From the human T2T-CHM13v2.0 reference genome, Homo sapiens, in assembly GCF_009914755.1 (NCBI RefSeq), contig NC_060929.1: 64,000 nt of DNA; one strand, written 5' to 3'. The notes under the pieces are model-generated. The model saw only the letters and a program-made list of their open reading frames with translations. It made no database searches and had not been told where the DNA came from. Every line of letters begins with the position of its first letter. Position 1 is the first letter of the stretch. This document shows positions 60,738-64,000 of this stretch, piece after piece. The position numbers and the translations under genes are program-made.

Positions 60738-60930
60738 ACCATGCTGTCTAATATGATAGCCACATGTAGCTATTTATATTTAAACTTAACTAAAACCAAG
60801 AATTCAGTTCCTTAGTTACACTTAGCCACATTTCAGATGCTTGATTGCCACATGTGACCAGAGGCTACCATATTGAACACTGAAAACATAGAATATCCCA
60901 TCATCACCAAAAGTGCTACTGGCTAGTGCT
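60738..60930. mobile_element. MER3-like hAT fossil
   Basis: gctgtctaatatgatagccacatgtagctattt...ggctaccatattgaacac. Confidence 0.65.
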
Positions 60931-61172
60931 ATCCTACTAGTTGTGCATTCACACCCCTCTGCAGGCTGTTCCTTCTCTTGGAACCAGCTCTCACTTCTTC
61001 CAGGTTCTCTCCCCCAGCTAGATCCTCCTTCTTTGCTGTAGCAATTTCTTTCCCCCTTTTCTGATACCCAGCCCATCGCTCTATATAGATCTTAACCCTT
61101 TGTCCAGCTTTCCACTCCTCCAGATGTAGGCCCTATTCCTTATTTAAGAAAAGCTACAGTCACACATTTTCC

Positions 61173-62513
61173 TTTTTTTTTTTTTTTTTTTTTTTTATTG
61201 ATCATTCTTGGGTGTTTCTCACAGAGGGGGATTTGGCAGGGTCATAGGACAATAGTGGAGGGAAGGTCAGCAGATAAACAAGTGAACAAAGGTCTCTGGT
61301 TTTCCTAGGCAGAGGACCCTGCGGCCCTCCGCAGTGTTTGTGTCCCTGGGTGCTTGAGATTAGGGAGTGGTGATGACTCTTAACGAGCATGCTGCCTTCA
61401 AGCATCTGTTTAACAAAGCACATCTTGCACCACCCTTAATCCATTTAACCCTGAGTGGACACAGCACATGTTTCAGAGAGCACAGGGTTGGGGGTAGGGT
61501 CACAGATCAACAGGATCACAAGGCAGAAGAATTTTTCTTAGTACAGAACAAAATGAAAAGTCTCCCGTGTCTACCTCTTTCTACACAGACATGGCAACCA
61601 TCCGATTTCTCAATCCTTTCTCGGCCTTTCCCCCCTTTCTATTCCACAAAACTGCCATTGTCATCATGGCCCGTTCTCAATGAGCTGTTGGGTACACCTC
61701 CCAGACAGGGTGGTGGCTGGGCAGAGGGGCTCCTCACTTCCCAGTAGGGGCGGCCGGGCAGAGGCGCCCCTCACCTCCCGGAGGGGGCGGCTAGCCGGGC
61801 GGGGGGCTGACCCCCCCACCTCCCTCCCGGACGGGGCGGCTGGCCGGGCGGGGGTCTGACCCCCCCCACCTCCCTCCCGGACGGGGCGGCTGGCCTGGCG
61901 GGGGCTGACCCCCACCTCCCTCCCGGATGGGGTGGCTGCCGGGCAGAGACGCTCCTCACTTCCCAGACGGGGTGGCTGCCGGGCGGAGGGGCTCCTCACT
62001 TCTCATATGGGGCGGCTGCCAGGCGGAGGGTCTCCCCACCTCTCAGACGGGGCGGCCGGGCAGAGACGCTCCTCACCTCCCAGAGGGGATGGCGGCTGGG
62101 AAGAGGCGCTCCTCACTTCCTAGATGGGATGGCGGCCTGGCAGAGACGCTCCTCACCCTCCAGACTGGGCAGCCAGGCAGAGGGGCTCCCCACGTCCCAG
62201 ACGATGGGCGGCCAGGCAGAGACGCTCCCCACTTCCCAGATGGGGTGGCGGCCAGGCAGAGGCTGCAATCTCGGCACCCCGGGAGGCCAAGGCAGGCGGC
62301 TGGGAGGTGGAGGCCGCAGTGAGCCGAGACCACGCCACTGCACTCCAGCCTGGGCACCACCGAGCACCAAGTGAACCAGACTCCGTCCGCAATCCCGGCA
62401 CCACTGGAGGCCGAGGCCGGCGGACCACTCGCAGTTAGGAGCTGGAGACCAGCCCGGCCAACACAGCGAAACCCCGTCTCCACCAAAAAAACACAAAAAC
62501 CAGTCAGGCGTGG
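61173..62513 (-). mobile_element. SVA retrotransposon (SVA_D-like), 5'-truncated within the Alu-like domain
   Basis: Poly(T) 61173-61197, SINE-R ~61195-61690, GC-rich VNTR ~61700-62255, Alu-like ~62255-62513, no (CCCTCT)n; TSD cacacattttccttt at 61161-61175 and 62514-62528. Confidence 0.96.
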
Positions 62514-62835
62514 CACACATTTTCCTTTCTTTCCTGCTTCATGATCAGGCTGTTGAATGAGGGAGAAAAGAAAAGTCCACAGGCTTCAAAACCCCTAGTG
62601 TATCAGGGATGATGGCAAGTACAGGAATTCACCAGAGGATGCTGGGGTGCAGATAACTTTAGCAAAAGTCATTGCGAGTTCTGAAGGAAACAACAGGCCT
62701 GGCATGGACCAGTGGCTCCAAAGCCCCAAATGTGAAATTCCTAATAATCAGTGTGTTAAAACAAGGCAACATAAGTCTTGAGGTATACCTTTTCCTGCTT
62801 GTTGATATCTGATGCAATGAAGTTGCTATCATTAT

Positions 62836-63245
62836 CTGTATTGTTTGCTAGGGCTGCTGTAACAAAATACCACAGACTGGGTGGCTTAAGCAACCAAATT
62901 TCTTTTCTTACAGATCTGGAGACCAGAAGTCTGAGATCCAAGTGTCAGGGAGGGTTGGGTTTTTCTCAGGACTCTCTCCTTGGCTTGTGCATGGCCATCT
63001 TCTCTCTGTGTCTTCAGATAGTCTTCCCTCTTTACATATCTGTGTCCTAATTTCCCTTTCTTATAAGGAAACCAGTCATGCTGGATTAGGAGGTAGTCCA
63101 ACCCCATCCAGTACCTATACTAATGACTTCTTTTCAACTCGAATACCTCCTTAAAGACCCTATCTCCAAACTCAATCACATTCTGAGGCACTGCGGGGTT
63201 GGGACTTCAACATACGAATTTGGGAAGAAGACAATTCAGCCCAAT
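62836..63245 (-). mobile_element. MLT1B/C-like MaLR LTR
   Basis: tgtattgtttgctagggctgctgtaacaaaataccacagactgggtggcttaa... Confidence 0.8.
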
Positions 63246-64000
63246 TCAGCATTGTCCCAAATACTACCTATTTGATTGTGTATGTATACTGTATACTGTG
63301 TATAGAAGTTTGCTGTGTATATATTGTTATAGAAGGGAATGGAATGTGCCTATGGTCTGATGGGCAGGTAGCATGGGCTGTGTGCATGCATTCACACCTG
63401 TGCATGCTGTTCATTCAGAGGGGATGATAAAGACAGGCTGAGGAAAAAGGGTCCTGCACTCATAAGCCAGAAACAGATAATTCTGGGGGAGACCTCAGGG
63501 CAGCCTGGCTAGGCTACTCTGAGAACTGTGGTTATTTGCCTCCCTCTGTCTCTCCATTTATTAGAATTCCAGATGAGAATGTGCTCTCTCTGCACAGTAA
63601 TTTAAAAAAAAACTTGGAGTCAGTAGGCACATCCTTCCTCTCCCTACACCACAGCCTCTGAACAAAGCAGCCTTCTCTGTGAGCCTGTCCCCAGGGGAAG
63701 CTTCCTCCAAGACAGTGACCAGCTTGAGCCCTGGTGGCTCCAAGGGGAGCCAGGGGCAGCAGCATGCCTGGAGTTGGATAAGACCATGCCACCTACTGCT
63801 ACTGCAATCCCTTTGTTCGGTGGGGAGAGCAAATGCATCATCCTCTCCTGTAATTTGCAGTCCAGACACCAGGTGGAGAAATGAAAACCACAAAAGGAGA
63901 CACATTCTTGAAGGAAAGCCAGGCTCCTGCCCTGCAGCCACTGGAACTCCCTGGGGCCAGAATGAAGTAGATAGGACAGGATAAGCTCCAACCTTGACTC

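Noticed and set aside
62030-62500. APOBEC3 editing as the cause of the SVA changes
   Set aside because: APOBEC3 would give G>A on the element sense strand (C>T on +); the observed direction is the opposite unless the consensus itself is the derived state.
61202-62520. Many Pro/Arg/Gly-rich ORFs
   Set aside because: Translations of SVA VNTR, SINE-R and Alu-like sequence.

Overview
Primate (most likely human) genomic DNA containing the 3' half of SV2C (synaptic vesicle glycoprotein 2C) on the + strand. Nine coding exons (probably exons 5-13, residues ~305-727) have GT-AG junctions that join in one open frame, followed by a ~8.4 kb 3'UTR ending near AATAAA 59671. Relative to the human protein as I recall it, this haplotype encodes S482 and N543 (T482S, D543N); N543 creates a new N-glycosylation sequon. 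Introns hold many Alus, L1/L2/MIR fragments, MaLR/ERV solo LTRs and hAT fossils, plus a PDCD5 processed pseudogene whose 5' part is not the canonical exon 1. A 5'-truncated SVA lies downstream on the - strand. Its Alu-like/VNTR end shows about 20 one-directional A-to-G changes (element sense) against the consensus as I recall it, the signature expected if an ADAR-hyperedited RNA was retrotransposed. This is the most novel-looking signal. Repeat subfamily names and boundaries were judged by eye and are approximate. No prokaryotic features or CRISPR arrays.
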